DNA of 64,000 nt from Penicillus capitatus (GCA_965649825.1 OZ287694.1:1363197-1427196), one strand, 5' to 3'; shown: positions 27,251-39,313, counted from the first letter of the stretch. Notes: generated from the sequence alone by a model not told the origin. Program-made: numbers and translations.

Positions 27251-30075
27251 CTGAACATAAACCTGCGTTGCCTACACGTGTGAAGGCGTACTTGTCGGAC
27301 TAATGAGACAGATGTCTGCTTGTTTTTGGCAGCGGCATCCAGGATGGGCAATTGACAAAACTTAAGCACGGTTACTGTTGGTTTAACATCGGGGGTATTA
27401 AAACGTCAAATCAAGCTACAGGCGAATTAGACAATCTGTCCGTCGAGTCAATTAGAAAGATAAGAGAGAGAGCTTTGCCTGATCTTCAGTTTTAAGATCT
27501 TCGTTTTCCCTGCAAAATTTTCCGCGTGATAGCAACGAGAACGCAATACTCACAATTAGGGTACTGGTGAATTTTGGACCGACGGTGTGAGGATTCCTAC
27601 CTTAAGATTTCCCAACTTCGTCCGTTTTCTTCGATTACGTTCGCTCGTTTTACGGCGCCAGTGCGATAGTACCGTTACGATGAGTCCCTGTTCAAACACA
27701 AGCAGTCCCAACTCGCCCGAAGTCCTGCCGTTTTTCTGCTGGCCTTGCGAAGTATAAAGACGGGAGTGTCAACTAAAAGCTCGTTAGACGACGATGGAGT
27801 TTCTTTGCTGTCCTGCAATTTTGGTGTCATTCCCCATCGAATGCATGAGTTAACTTCCCCGCGGGTGTCGTACTGTACCGAAGCCTACTATGAAAGGGAA
27901 CCACCGAGCACCAACGTTTATTCATATTTGACCGTTTCAACAAACCGTGATATCTGCTTTCCGCACTCGACGAACAATGGTTGCTTTTAGAGAGCATGAC
28001 TCACTCGGACGCATCAATGTCTGTGGATTGCCCATGAGCACGGTAAGTGATGGATTGATCTGACGGCCTGTCAGCAGAAAACTGAAATTGACAATAAGAA
28101 GAACATCATTAATCATTAACGGACCGTTCGTTCTTTTTTCTCTGCCTCGGAATCGTATGCGTGCCGACGGCGTCTGCCTCACCGCGCACCGCGCACGACA
28201 GTAAGCGACATAGGAAACGAGGTGCTGAGTTATCCTCCGAGCGTTCGTTGGAATAAAGTAGCATAGACAAATGCAACGGTCACGGAGAGCGAAGAACCCG
28301 AGAAGTTTTGTTGTTGTTTTGGTGGATTCTTCAGGAAAGTGAGGTTGCAATACAAGGAAAAGTACCCGAGAAAGCTGCCGTTCGCTGTCTTCTCCGGGCC
28401 ATGACGGAAGAAAGGGTGGCAGCGAGACACTAGAGCTCAACTCTAGCTTTTGTGGCGATTTTTTCTCGTTTTCCAAGTCCGGCGATAATGAATGGTCTTG
28501 TGTTTTGGCGGCCACCGTCTTGCTGAGAGGCGGGTCCCGTAGTGCAAGATGGTTGTTAAGTCCGACGCGGGCACCGAAGGACCGACACACTGAAGATAGA
28601 AAGCACTTCGCGGCTAACAAGAACCAAGGACTATGCCTAAGAGACACAAAGTCTATGCGGCAATGGTGATGACGATAGTGCAAGACGCTGACCCCGTTAT
28701 GTTCTTCTATCTCCCATGACCCAATCACGATCACACACAAAGAAGCGCTTTCCACTCCGCGATGAGACAGGCTTCCTTCGTGTATGGTTGGCCAGGTGTG
28801 ACTGAAACGATAGGTCCCTTAACCCCATCGATTTTACATCAAGCGATCTTGTACTTCTTTCTGCCCATAGTTGGCAAGATGACTTGTTGCTTGAAGAGAA
28901 ACTGCCGCCTTTCACTCCATGATGCGGCGGGTTTCGTTTGTGGATAGTTAGGCAGGTATGACTAAACTATAGGTCCGTCCCTATACCCCATTTATTTTTG
29001 CATCAAGTAATCTTATTGTTTTTCTCCACCCCCAAAGACAAAAACATCATTTATTGCCTAAAAATCACTTTCTATTCAACGTTACGGCGGGTTCCGTTCG
29101 TGATGGTTAATTGGTATGATTGAAATGTCCACTTTTCATTAACCATCAAGCGATCTCTTTCAATATGTGTTTGCACAGAACCCTCAATACAAAAATCTAT
29201 TCTTCTCAGTATCGGTGTCATAAACAGTTATCCATCTTCGTGCATCTGTCAAAGGACTACTTTTAAATTCGAGACTATTAATGTTAAAACAGTCTTCGTA
29301 AACTATCTGCCTTCGCCATCGTTTGTTTTCTGCACGTTTTTCGAGCGTCCAAACGGCAAGGCACCGACAATTCGATGTTTCATGTGCTCATTATCGGTAT
29401 GATGTCGCCTAATCTACTTCTAATAGTCTGGCAGCGCGTCGACATCCGACGTTAAACGTTTCAGTGTCTTATGCTGTTAAAATCAGTGTATCCAATTACA
29501 TAACGGTACTCACAGAAACCGACTTGAAAGAAGAGAAGTTAGACCACAGTGCCTGGAAAGCAAAGAAAAAAATAAAACTATAACGAGGAGACTGACAAAA
29601 AGAACGACACAACGCATTGCACACAAGCTTCGCGAAGAAGCTGTGCGAGTGCTCTTCGTGCCCATGAGCAAGAGTAGTAGACGCTCATACTGTAGCGATT
29701 GATGTACCTCGCTATGCGACGGCTGTCCACAAAATGACGACGTCATCTCAGAATGATCTTTATCCCTTTCTTAATCTCGGCGCTGTAGCAGCCCATCAAA
29801 AATACATCGACATAGGAACATCACCAAGTGGGATGCGCAACCTAGTCTTCGCTTTTTCCCAGACTTTGTACAAGGCCTTCGCAAAGGCGTCGAAACCATA
29901 ACAAGACGACGTGATTCGCGACAAGTCCCCGGATCAGCGTGAAACGCCGTCCACGCGGCAGCGCATCTCTCCACGCGTCGTGATCGCTGCTCGTTGCCCG
30001 TACAAAGCATCCAACGTCACATCATCGTCCGTCATTACGAACGCCCTACGTCTGGCGAGGTACATCTATGATAAT

Positions 30076-30760
30076 TTACACGATCCCGTCAATTTCAGCA
30101 TCCATCTGATGCCGTTTCCATCTTCTGAAGACGACCCAGATCACCAACACAGCCATGATCGCAATTGTGGCCACCATTGCCCACACTGCCCCCTTTTCTT
30201 TACTCCCATGCAATTCATTCGACCGAAAGACGCGGTAGACCGCATAGAAAAAACTCAGCGACGTCAGCACGATCATCACGAAATTGAAGTACTGATTCAC
30301 AGACGTGCTGGAAAAGTACCGAGCATTGGACCACCTATATCAAAGTACTTCAGAAAAACCACTGCCAAAGAGTGAGGAATGAGTGAGACCTCCAACGGAG
30401 CTTGACTCGAAATTCCTGCTTGCAGTTGGGGCAACGCATCGCCTCTGCACTAACGGAGTCTCTCTCAGATTGTCGCCGTCTCTCGATATAGGACTCCAAA
30501 CAAGTAGCATGGCACAGTGCAGCATCGCTCTTTTTGTGACACCCGCCTAGACACCACCGTCCGTTTGGTACTGACGACGCCCCTTCAGCAGGGGCAGCAA
30601 AAGCGTACAAGCTTCAACGAGGCGCGCAATTTCGTCCTTGACGCCGCAGATATGACAAGTCGCTTGCACCATAGCACAGAGATACGGACAGGTACATGCA
30701 AAACGCAAATTCTGTTCGTCGTCGGTTCATCGACAAGAATGACCACACCGACTCGACCGC
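30076..30760 (-). CDS. RING-CH (MARCH-like) E3 ligase with two transmembrane helices
   Basis: CLGGC...LCHATCLESYI...RCPNCKQEF followed by two hydrophobic helices. 5' exons unresolved. Confidence 0.6.
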
Positions 30761-30807
30761 ATCACCCATCACGTTCGTTGTTTCTTGGAGGACAGTCGAA
30801 GACGACG

Positions 30808-31293
30808 TCAGTGATCGAAGAAACGTTCGATAAGGACGGAGAAAGCGGCAAACGATGCGCATCCGATGCACATCATCTTCGGCCCGCCACCGTGAGCCAG
30901 GACGCCTCCGGTGAAGCAACCGGCGTAGACGCTGTTGTACACATCGTGTTTCGCCCGATGCTTCTCGATGACACATTCGGATCCCGAGTAGAGCACGCCC
31001 ATCGCGGCGAAGCCCTTGGCATAGGAGATGCTCTTGATGCGGGTATTGCGTACGGCTTCGAAAAAGACGTCTCTGGCGCGACGCGTTTCGAGGGCCGGGT
31101 CATGACCCATGGGTCCTGTTGCCCCTTCCATACTCGAAGCGAAGAGGCCGAAGACGAGGCCCAGTCCAGCACCTCCGACGCCAGCGAAGGCGGTTCGGAC
31201 AAAACAGTTGTTGAGCAGATCCTCCTGGGCAATCTGTTCTGGACCTGGCACCACGAGTGGCTTCTTCTGTTGGCCGCCATTTTCCGACGTCAT
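30808..31293 (-). CDS. TIM22: Mitochondrial import inner membrane translocase TIM22
   Basis: EDLLNNCFVRTAFAGVGG...SYAKGFAAMGVLYSGSECVIEKHRAKHDVYNSVYAGCFTGG. Intronless. Confidence 0.95.
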   Translation of the reverse strand: MTSENGGQQKKPLVVPGPEQIAQEDLLNNCFVRTAFAGVGGAGLGLVFGLFASSMEGATGPMGHDPALETRRARDVFFEAVRNTRIKSISYAKGFAAMGVLYSGSECVIEKHRAKHDVYNSVYAGCFTGGVLAHGGGPKMMCIGCASFAAFSVLIERFFDH

Positions 31294-31312
31294 GATCGCA
31301 GAACGCGCAATA

Positions 31313-33555
31313 ATGGCGACGAGGATTTGCGTGAAGAATGTTCCGAAGGAATGCGACGAGAAGCGACTGGCGAAGCATTTTGACAAGTTCGGTCCCTTTA
31401 CCGATGTCAAGTTGATGCGCACGCCGTTAGTGAGCTCGTCTGTCGAAAGAGGAACCAAAAATGTGATATAGGGAAGGCGTTTCACGCGGTTTTGGCTTCA
31501 TCGGCTTCGAAACGACGGAGAAGGCGATGCAGGCGATCCAGTTCTTTGACAAGACCTTCATCGGAATGCGTCGTATCGCAGTGGAGGTCAGGAACAAGCG
31601 TGAACAGTATGGGTGGAATGCACATAGCTCGATCAAGTGCAGATGGCGAGAAAAGTGGGAGACGCATCGTTGTCGAGACCGTGGAGTCGATATTCAAGAG
31701 GCAGCTCAAGTTACCAAGCCCTTCATCCAGAAGAGCATCCAGCGAAAAGGAGTGAGAAAACGAAGGGAGACAGCAAAAAGAGTGACTCGGTCGCAAGGAA
31801 AGGTCGTGTCGTGCTTTTGTGATGCTTCGAAATGTGCGAAAGGAATGCAGAAGAGGATCCGGAGCTGCAGGAGTTTCTCGATGTTATGCTGCCGGTGAAG
31901 AAGACCAAGAAGGGCAGAGATTCAGATCCCTCGCTTTCTGTTCTCGCAGCTTCGCTCTACCTTCTGGTCACTCTTTTTTGTCTGATCAGGAAAAGAAGGA
32001 CGACAAAGTGACCAAGCGCAAGAGGTTGGAAGATGTGGAACAGCGAGAATCGGCGGATCCAGACACGGCGGCGTCTGCAGTTGGCTGTCGTCTGTTTGTT
32101 CGTAACTTACCGTATACGGCGACAGATTCTGATCTGGTCGAGGCCTTCGGTAGCTATGGAGATCTGACCGAAGTGCACGTCGTCTTGAATAAAGAGACGC
32201 AGAAATCGAAGGGTATTGCATTTGTGGAGTTTGAAGACGAGGCCTGCGCGTCCGCCGCTCTGCAGGAGATGGATGGCAGTATCTTTCGAGGACGGCTGAT
32301 CCATATCCTTCCCTCTCAGGAGAAACGGCACAAAGCGCAGATCGCTCACGCAGTGGAGACGGGAGGCGATGAGGGGAGCTCATTCAAAAAAGAAAGGGCA
32401 CAGAAACTAAAAGAGGCGGCCGGAAAGAGAGCGTCCTGGAATACCTTCTACATTCGACCCGATGCCATTGCTGAGGCCGTGGCGAATGACTACGGGATGT
32501 CAAAGAGTGACCTCATGGATCGCGATGCCTCAGATTTAGGTGTGCGTTTGGCTCTGGGCGAGACACACGTTCTGGCCAGGATCAAAGAGGAACTTGAACA
32601 GGCAGGTGTGGACGTATCGAAGCTCGAAGAAGCGGCACAGGCCTCCGGACGCTCAGCGACGCAGACATCGATCCCGCGCTGTAACGATGTCCTGGCCGTG
32701 AAGAATTTGCCGTACCATTCCGATGCCAAAGAACTGTCAGAGATGTTCTGTGGCTACGGTCCGGTGACGAGATTCGTGATGCCTGGCATCCGTGTCCTCG
32801 CTTTCGTGCAGTTTCATGATGCTGCCGATGCGCAACGTGCCTTTCGCGGACTGGCATACACCAAATACAAATCGGTGCCTCTGTATCTCGAATGGGCGCC
32901 ACTGGGAGTCCTGGCGGCGCCGCCGACGGCATCGTCTGCTGCAGATGCAGACGGAAAAGCGGAGGATCGAGAGGCGACAGAGAAGTGCTCGGGTGTGAGT
33001 TTGTATGTCAAGAATCTCGCATTCTCGACAAAAGACGCCGATCTGGCGGGTCACTTCGACACAGTCGTTTCCGAGATCGGCGGTCAGTTGCGTTCGGCTC
33101 GTGTGGCCAGACGGAAACATATCAACGGAGCGATCGTCTCCGCTGGGTATGGATTTGTCGAGGTCGATTCGGAAGAGGCGGCGAAACATGTCCTGCAGAA
33201 ACTGCAGGGATCTGTGCTGGACGGCCATGCGTTGCAGCTTCGACGCAGCGCCAAGAAATCGGAGATCGTTGAGGCGGTTGCCGAGGACGCAGACGAGCGC
33301 CCGGCGACGACCAAACTCGTCGTCAAGAATTTGGCATTCGAATGCACGCGACACGATGTCGTGACGCTCTTTCGTCCTTACGGCCACGTACAGAGCTGCC
33401 GTCTGCCAAAGAAATTCGACGGCTCGCATCGCGGCTTCGCTTTCGTGCAGTTCGTGACGAAAGAGGAGGCAAAGAGTGCACGCGATCGTGTCCAGGGGGC
33501 GCATCTCTATGGCCGTCGCCTCAACATCGATTTCGCGATCGATGAGAATGTGTGA
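31313..33555 (+). CDS. RBM19: Multi-RRM ribosome biogenesis factor MRD1/RBM19
   Basis: Begins MATRICVKNVPK. RRM motifs RLFVRNLPY, LAVKNLPY...PLYLEWAP, LYVKNLAF and LVVKNLAF...FDGSHRGFAFVQF. Confidence 0.93.
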
Positions 33556-33601
33556 CACATCGACCATCGCTCGGATCTTTTTAGACATCGCCGAGTTTCG
33601 T

Positions 33602-35151
33602 TCAAATGGTAAAAGGTCCAACGCGGATTCGCGACGCGTCGATCTCCTGTAAGCTCTCCAACAGTCGCCTCTCTTCGTCGCTCAACTTCTTCGGGATCTT
33701 CACATGGACGCGCACCTATGGGCCCGGCAAAGAGTCAGGCGTTGTAGATGAAGGGAGGGGGGTCGACCTTATGATCGCCGCGTTCCTTGGGCGATCCGAG
33801 TTTCGGCACACCGCGTTTCACCATGAGCAGCGTCATCTCCGGCTGCGTCCCGCTCGGAATCTTCAGTTCCACTTCGCCGTCGACGGTCGTGACCCGCACC
33901 GACGTGCCGAGAATGGCATCGATGTACGAGATCTCGACTTCTGAGTAGATCGTCGTGCCTTCTCGGCGCATTTTGGGATGGGTCTTGACGTTGGCAACGA
34001 CGTAGAGATCTCCAGGGGGACCCCCACGCAAACCGGCATTTCCTTCCCCGCGTACCCGCAGCCGCGCACCGTTATCGATTCCAGCCGGCACCTGGACCTG
34101 AATCTTCTTTCGGTCTGGCAGACGACCGTCGCCTCCGCACCGATCGCAGGGGGCGAAGATCTCGCCCGTGCCCTGACAATGGGGACACGTCGTCACTTGC
34201 TGAAACACGCCCAGCGGAGTGTTCATCGTCGAAATCACTTGTCCCGTTCCTTGACAATGCGTACACGTCGTCGGCGACGTGCCTGCCTTGACACCACTGC
34301 CGTTGCATGTCGTGCATTCGGTTAAGTGATTGATCTCGATATCTTTCGCCGTCCCGAACACGGCTTCCAGAAACGTCAAATCGACATCGACGCGCAGATC
34401 GTCCCCCGCCACCGCTCTCGACGCCGATCGCCCTCGTCCGCCACCGAATCCCGCCCCTCCCATGCCGCCGCCAAAAAACTGTTCGAACAGATCAAACGGA
34501 TTCGTAAAATCGCCCGGGGCACCACCCGGAAATCCACCCATGCCTGCTTTCAAACCCGCTTCGCCGTACTGATCGTAAATCTGTCGTTTTTCATCATCGG
34601 ACAGCACCTCATAAGCCTCACTGATTTTTTTGAACTGCTCCTCCGCTCCGGGAGATTTGTTCACATCCTACACAGCACAGGCGTTGCGCGTCTCGGAGGG
34701 TAAGGGGGCGGATAACGGGATGGTATTTTCGGGCTTTCTGTCGGTAGGAGTTCTTGATCGTTTTTTTGTCGGCTCCTCGCGGGACACCAAGCCTGTCGTA
34801 GTAGTCCGCAGCTGCACGTACCAACAGTGTCTCTCCCCAGCGTTCTCTTAGAGATGGCTCGGATCGATGGACACGCAAGGAGCATGATGTCCCTCCTGTC
34901 AGAAACCGCACACCCTCTGCGCGCCAACGACGAGAGTTGTGCAGGAACGAGGTGTGTTTCGTCAGAGGGCGCAAAGAACGTCGTCCAGTCGAGGGTACTG
35001 CACTTTGTCGCGAGACATCCTGAACGGCAGCAGGTGCCTAGCAACACACAACCCTCACTCGGCGCTCGTCTTCTCACTCAAGTGCCGAGCCGTCGACGAT
35101 CGGTGACGTGAACGTCGGACCGTCAACGAGATCGACTGACAGACTTACCAT
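33602..35151 (-). CDS. dnaJ: Plastid-type DnaJ (type I, J domain plus zinc finger)
   Basis: Transit-peptide-like N-terminus after an ATG-only first exon (ATG|gtaagt). J domain (DYYDRLGV...KYHP|[13 protein letters not shown]) and four CxxCxGxG-type repeats. Confidence 0.93.
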
Positions 35152-35280
35152 GGTGCGTGAAGGGATGGATTGTTGGGAAGACCTTCCAGAACAAATCGTC
35201 CCGGTCGACATGGCACAGATGGATTATCATCTAGAGCGACGATGATGAACGATAGCGTCTCGCGCTGACGATTGTCGAGA

Positions 35281-35352
35281 TTCGGAGTGGCGCAGCGGAA
35301 GCGTGGTGGGCCCATAACCCACAAGTCCGAGGATCGAAACCTCGCTCCGAAA
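35281..35352 (+). tRNA. trnMi: Initiator tRNA-Met (CAT)
   Basis: Cloverleaf TTCGGAG-TG-GCGC-AGCGGAA-GCGT-G-GTGGG-CCCATAA-CCCAC-AAGTC-CGAGG-ATCGAAA-CCTCG-CTCCGAA-A. It has three G-C pairs in the anticodon stem and A54/A60, diagnostic of eukaryotic initiators. Confidence 0.95.
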
Positions 35353-35357
35353 CTTCA

Positions 35358-35361
35358 TTTT
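35358..35361 (+). terminator. Putative RNA polymerase III terminator (T4)
   Basis: TTTT run 5 nt after the tRNA discriminator base. Confidence 0.6.
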
Positions 35362-35362
35362 G

Positions 35363-35397
35363 CGATCGATCGATCGATCGATCGATTCGATTCGATG
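35363..35397. repeat. (CGAT)6 microsatellite with degenerate TCGAT units
   Basis: Direct reading: cgatcgatcgatcgatcgatcgattcgattcgat. Confidence 0.9.
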
Positions 35398-35912
35398 CGG
35401 GACAGTACAGCTCGATGTGTTAATCCACAAATACAGTATCCATGCCGTCCTCAATCATCCATACGGGTATCTTCATTCTTAGCCTCAGCTGTTGCACGCA
35501 GTTCCTGAATAATTTTGGCCAATCCCTGAAAACGGCGCCTTCTTTGTGAGAAGGCATCGTCCGTGTGATACTTCTGGATGAACGCCTTGTTGAATGAGAC
35601 CCAGTGAGATAGACAGCGTCTCTCTGCAGAAGCCCTTCTACATCACACAGCAGAGCAGACGTGTCGAAGCGCACTTGTCGAGTCCAGTATCGAGTAACTG
35701 CGAGATTTCGTGCAGGACTGCAGACAGACAGAAGATTTGGTTTTCAAACATGACATAAAGGCGATGACTTTCGAGGGCGTCTCGGGTGGACTGTGCAGCA
35801 GACCGATCCATCGAACGTGATGTCGTGTACGTGCGAAGGCAATGTTCGACGGCAGAATGACATTTGATGCATCGCGTCCGTTACGATCTCCGACGCACAG
35901 ACGTCAGCATCG

Positions 35913-36944
35913 ATGGCATTGAGGTCGGCCGGACGACGCGGATTCCGCTTGCTGACGTCGTGGACGGCATCGAGGCGCAGCGACGATAGCGATGTTCGTG
36001 TGTTCGCATGGAGGCACGTGCGTTCCGTTACCCCTGCCTTGTCGTTTCACCTCTCTCTTATGCGATGTGACAGGTCATTGTCTCGCCAGCCAACGAAGGA
36101 TACCTCCACGAATGTTTCAGACACTTGACTGCGTCCAAGGTCGTGATGCGGTATCGCGAGATCTGGAATGGTGTATGGAGTTGCGTTTTAGAAAGGACAA
36201 GGGCAGGAGAAGACGGCGGCTACACGAAGGAACGAACAAATCGATGCCCCAACCGTCCGCCTCGTCCATGCAGACGGACGCCATGAAGTCGCCCGCACGT
36301 CTACGGCAGTTCCATGTGCTGATCGACACGTGTGTAGGTCATCCCTATGGCAGCAGCATTGGCACAGGCAAGAGCCGCGCACTTGGATTTGGTTGAGGTG
36401 ATGAAGGGAACGATCATCGAAGGAGTGTGCACGATCCTGGTGGTTGCAGGTTTCGCCTGGGGCTAAACCGCCCGTCGTTCGGATGATAGATTTCGAAGAG
36501 GTGAAGCAGAAGAGCCGTGCCAAAGAGCGCGATCAGATAAAGAAAAACAGAGAACGGCAGAAAACCGATCGCGTTCGGGAGATTCGTCTGACGCACGTCA
36601 CATCACTCTTTCCCTTCTTTGTGCGATTTTTGTCTGCATAGTCCTCGCATCGGTCCGCACGATCTGGAGATGAAGATCAAAAAGATCACAGAGTTTTTGG
36701 AGAAGCGACAGAAGGTCATGGTCGTGGTCATGACCCCATCGATGGCGGACAAGCAGATGGGACAGGAGGCACTTCAGTATATACGCTCCTTGCTGGCAGA
36801 CAAAGCCAAAGTCCGTGATCCCTTTAGTTCGCCCGCTTCGATTTAACCGTCGCTCTCGTGCAGCTCTGCGACGAGTCGAAGATCCGTCGGCACGGGACGG
36901 TGTCGATGATGCTGTTGCCGCTGTCCGAGAATAAAGAAGATTAA
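35913..36944 (+). CDS. infC: Organellar translation initiation factor IF3
   Basis: Spliced [20 protein letters not shown]...[13 protein letters not shown]...VREIRLT|[21 protein letters not shown], with an N-terminal targeting-like peptide. Confidence 0.85.
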
Positions 36945-38113
36945 AAATCGCGATCGGTGTTCGACGCTTCTTTCAATAGCCGCTCCGCAACGGAGAGGTC
37001 ATCGGGCGTCGTGAGCTTGATGTTGGTATAAGAGCCTTCCGTGATTTTGACGGGCATTCCCAATGCCTCGATGATCGACACATCATCTGTCACTTCAAGA
37101 TTCTTCTCTTCCACAAACGCAAATCCTTGTTTCAGCAGCTCAGGCTTGATCACCTGAGAGACAGGCATTTTTGAGAGACATCGAGCAAGCGGGATGTGAC
37201 TTGAGGCGTCTGCACTTCCCAGAGCTTCGCCCGTTCGAGCGTCCGATGGACGAAGAGCGATGCGTCGACTTCTTTGATGGTGGGTTTGACCTTGACGCCC
37301 AAAACGGCGGCGCCTGTTTCTAAACCGTCCACGAGACAGCGGGAGACATCGTTGGAGAGAATCAAAGGACGTGCCGAATCGTGAATCGACACCAAGAGAG
37401 CGTCATTGCTGATCTGCTGGAAGCCATTGAACACACTGTCTTGTCGTTCTTTCCCAGGCATCGCCCACTTGAGCGGAACAGAAAGAGCCAACTGCGCCAC
37501 GCTCTCCTCAAACACATACCTGCACCCATCCTCACTCTAAAAGAGTGACCTCCGATCATTACTCACCTCCATGATGGATCGCAGACGATCACGATCTCAA
37601 GCGTCTCGCGCATTTTCGCAAAGGTCTCGAGACTGTACGTTGCGATGGCTCGGCCATTCAATTCGATGAACTGTTTGGGAATCGATGCCTACGATACAGA
37701 CCGCTCGATTGGCATAGGGCAGCTGAGTGTATGTGCGTGTGACCCCCATGCGTTTTCCGACACCGCCTGCTAACAGAACGACGCTCACACTTCTATCTGG
37801 AACATCACTCTTGACCTCATACATCGAGATGGGACTCATGATGCTGAAGAGGCAGAGGGGAGCTACCATAGCCGATTCTGTCGCGAATGTGATGATGTGA
37901 CGTCTCCCATGAGCACCTTCCCCTGTTCACCACACGTGTGATTCTATGATCCGAAACAGACGATCGATCACCCGCCAATCTCCGACACACAGACGTCCAC
38001 GTCGCCGATCTTCGTTGCGTCGCGCAGGTGGCGGCGCTCTGTCGATGGGTCGAGGTCAAGGTGCCGAAGATGCGTCCTGTCGAGCATCGAAATCGCGCGG
38101 CACAGGAGATCAT
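36941..38113 (-). CDS. ispD: 2-C-methyl-D-erythritol 4-phosphate cytidylyltransferase
   Basis: [13 protein letters not shown]|[25 protein letters not shown]|[13 protein letters not shown] and [10 protein letters not shown]. Start codon approximate. Confidence 0.93.
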
Positions 38114-38165
38114 GGAGTTAATGACACGCATCTGTCGCGTGGCCCCTGTCCTGTGTGTATTGGCC

Positions 38166-39152
38166 ATGCGTCTCTTCTTCGCCACGCGTCGTGCGACGTC
38201 GTTTCTGCTGTTGCTGCAGAGAGGGATCTCCGGTATTTCGGGACACCGCAATCCGCCGTTTATTAACCCAGAAACGGGCATTAACTATGGCCGCATGCTC
38301 GATAACACCCCTATGCAGCTGCAGGCGCCACTGAAAGAGATCGCTGACGTCTTTCGGCTCAAAGGCATCATCGCCCCCTTAGGCAACAGACCACATCCCG
38401 TTCGCTTCCTCGTCAATTGCCCCGACGAAGAGATCGTCAAATGGTACTCTTCACTCATCCACGGCATGCTCAATTACTACAGGTCGCACGCCAAACGTCA
38501 CATCAAAAGAGTGAGATGATGTGACGTCTCTAGGCCGTGTGACAATTTCATCAACATCAAACGCCTCTGCGAGTATCAGATCCGTTGGTCCGGCATTATG
38601 ACCATGGCGCACAAACACAAGAGCTCCAGCGCCAAAGTCATTCGTCAGTACACTCGAGATCTGATCGTCATGGATCGAGAGGGAAAAACGATCGTGGCCC
38701 GTTTGCCCGACAAATTCTACATTGGCTCACTGGGACGTCAGTTTCTCCCAGGAGTCGAGAAGGACCGAGTGGCGCGCGTTTTGCGAGGCGCTTCGCTCAT
38801 TGCCGACGGTAAACGGATCATCCGGCGATGCGCCGTCTTCGGCTGCACCAATCTCGATGTCGAATCCGATTTCGCCCAACACATCCCGCATTTCAAGCGA
38901 AATCTACTGGAGTCGACAAAGATCGGCAGTCTGGTCGCCATGCGCAATGCGATCATGCGACGGCCAATTCGTCTATGTGTGGAACACTGGAGCGAATTGC
39001 ACAAGGGTCGCGTGCGGCTTGAGCATTTGGATTATACAATGGTTATGGGCCGCCGACGCAATACCTTCTACAAAGATCCTCTGGAGACACAACGCGAGTA
39101 CAACTGGGCGCATTATCGCAGAGATCCCTTCTTGGAAACCCTTCCCAAATAA
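38166..39152 (+). CDS. Nuclear-encoded group II intron maturase-like protein (domain X plus degenerate HNH/Zn domain, no RT)
   Basis: One 51-nt intron (38483-38533) joins EEIVKWYSSLIHGMLNYYR|PCDNF...YQIRWSGIMTMAHKHKSSSAKVIRQY (domain X consensus GxxNYY...TLAxKxKxS..K+I.+Y). C-terminal CAVFGC...RRPIRLCVEHWSELHKG. N-terminus MRLFFATRRATS looks like a targeting peptide. Confidence 0.85.
38495..38527. repeat. Perfect 11-bp inverted repeat inside the maturase-gene intron
   Basis: ACGTCACATCA-aaagagtgaga-TGATGTGACGT. Confidence 0.9.
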
Positions 39153-39313
39153 CAGCCCCGTTCGACCGATGCCCTTATCGAAAGTAATAGATGATGCCTG
39201 TCGTGCTAACAAACACGAGCATCGGCAAAAAGATAGCAGCAAAGGTGGATGCGGTCACGGAAGGCACGGATCTCTCCAGTCCCTCTTCCTCATACACATC
39301 CGATGCCTTGTTT

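Noticed and set aside
27937-28755. 272-aa ORF in the intergenic island
   Set aside because: No recognisable domain, no typical intron pattern, and composition unlike neighbouring CDSs.
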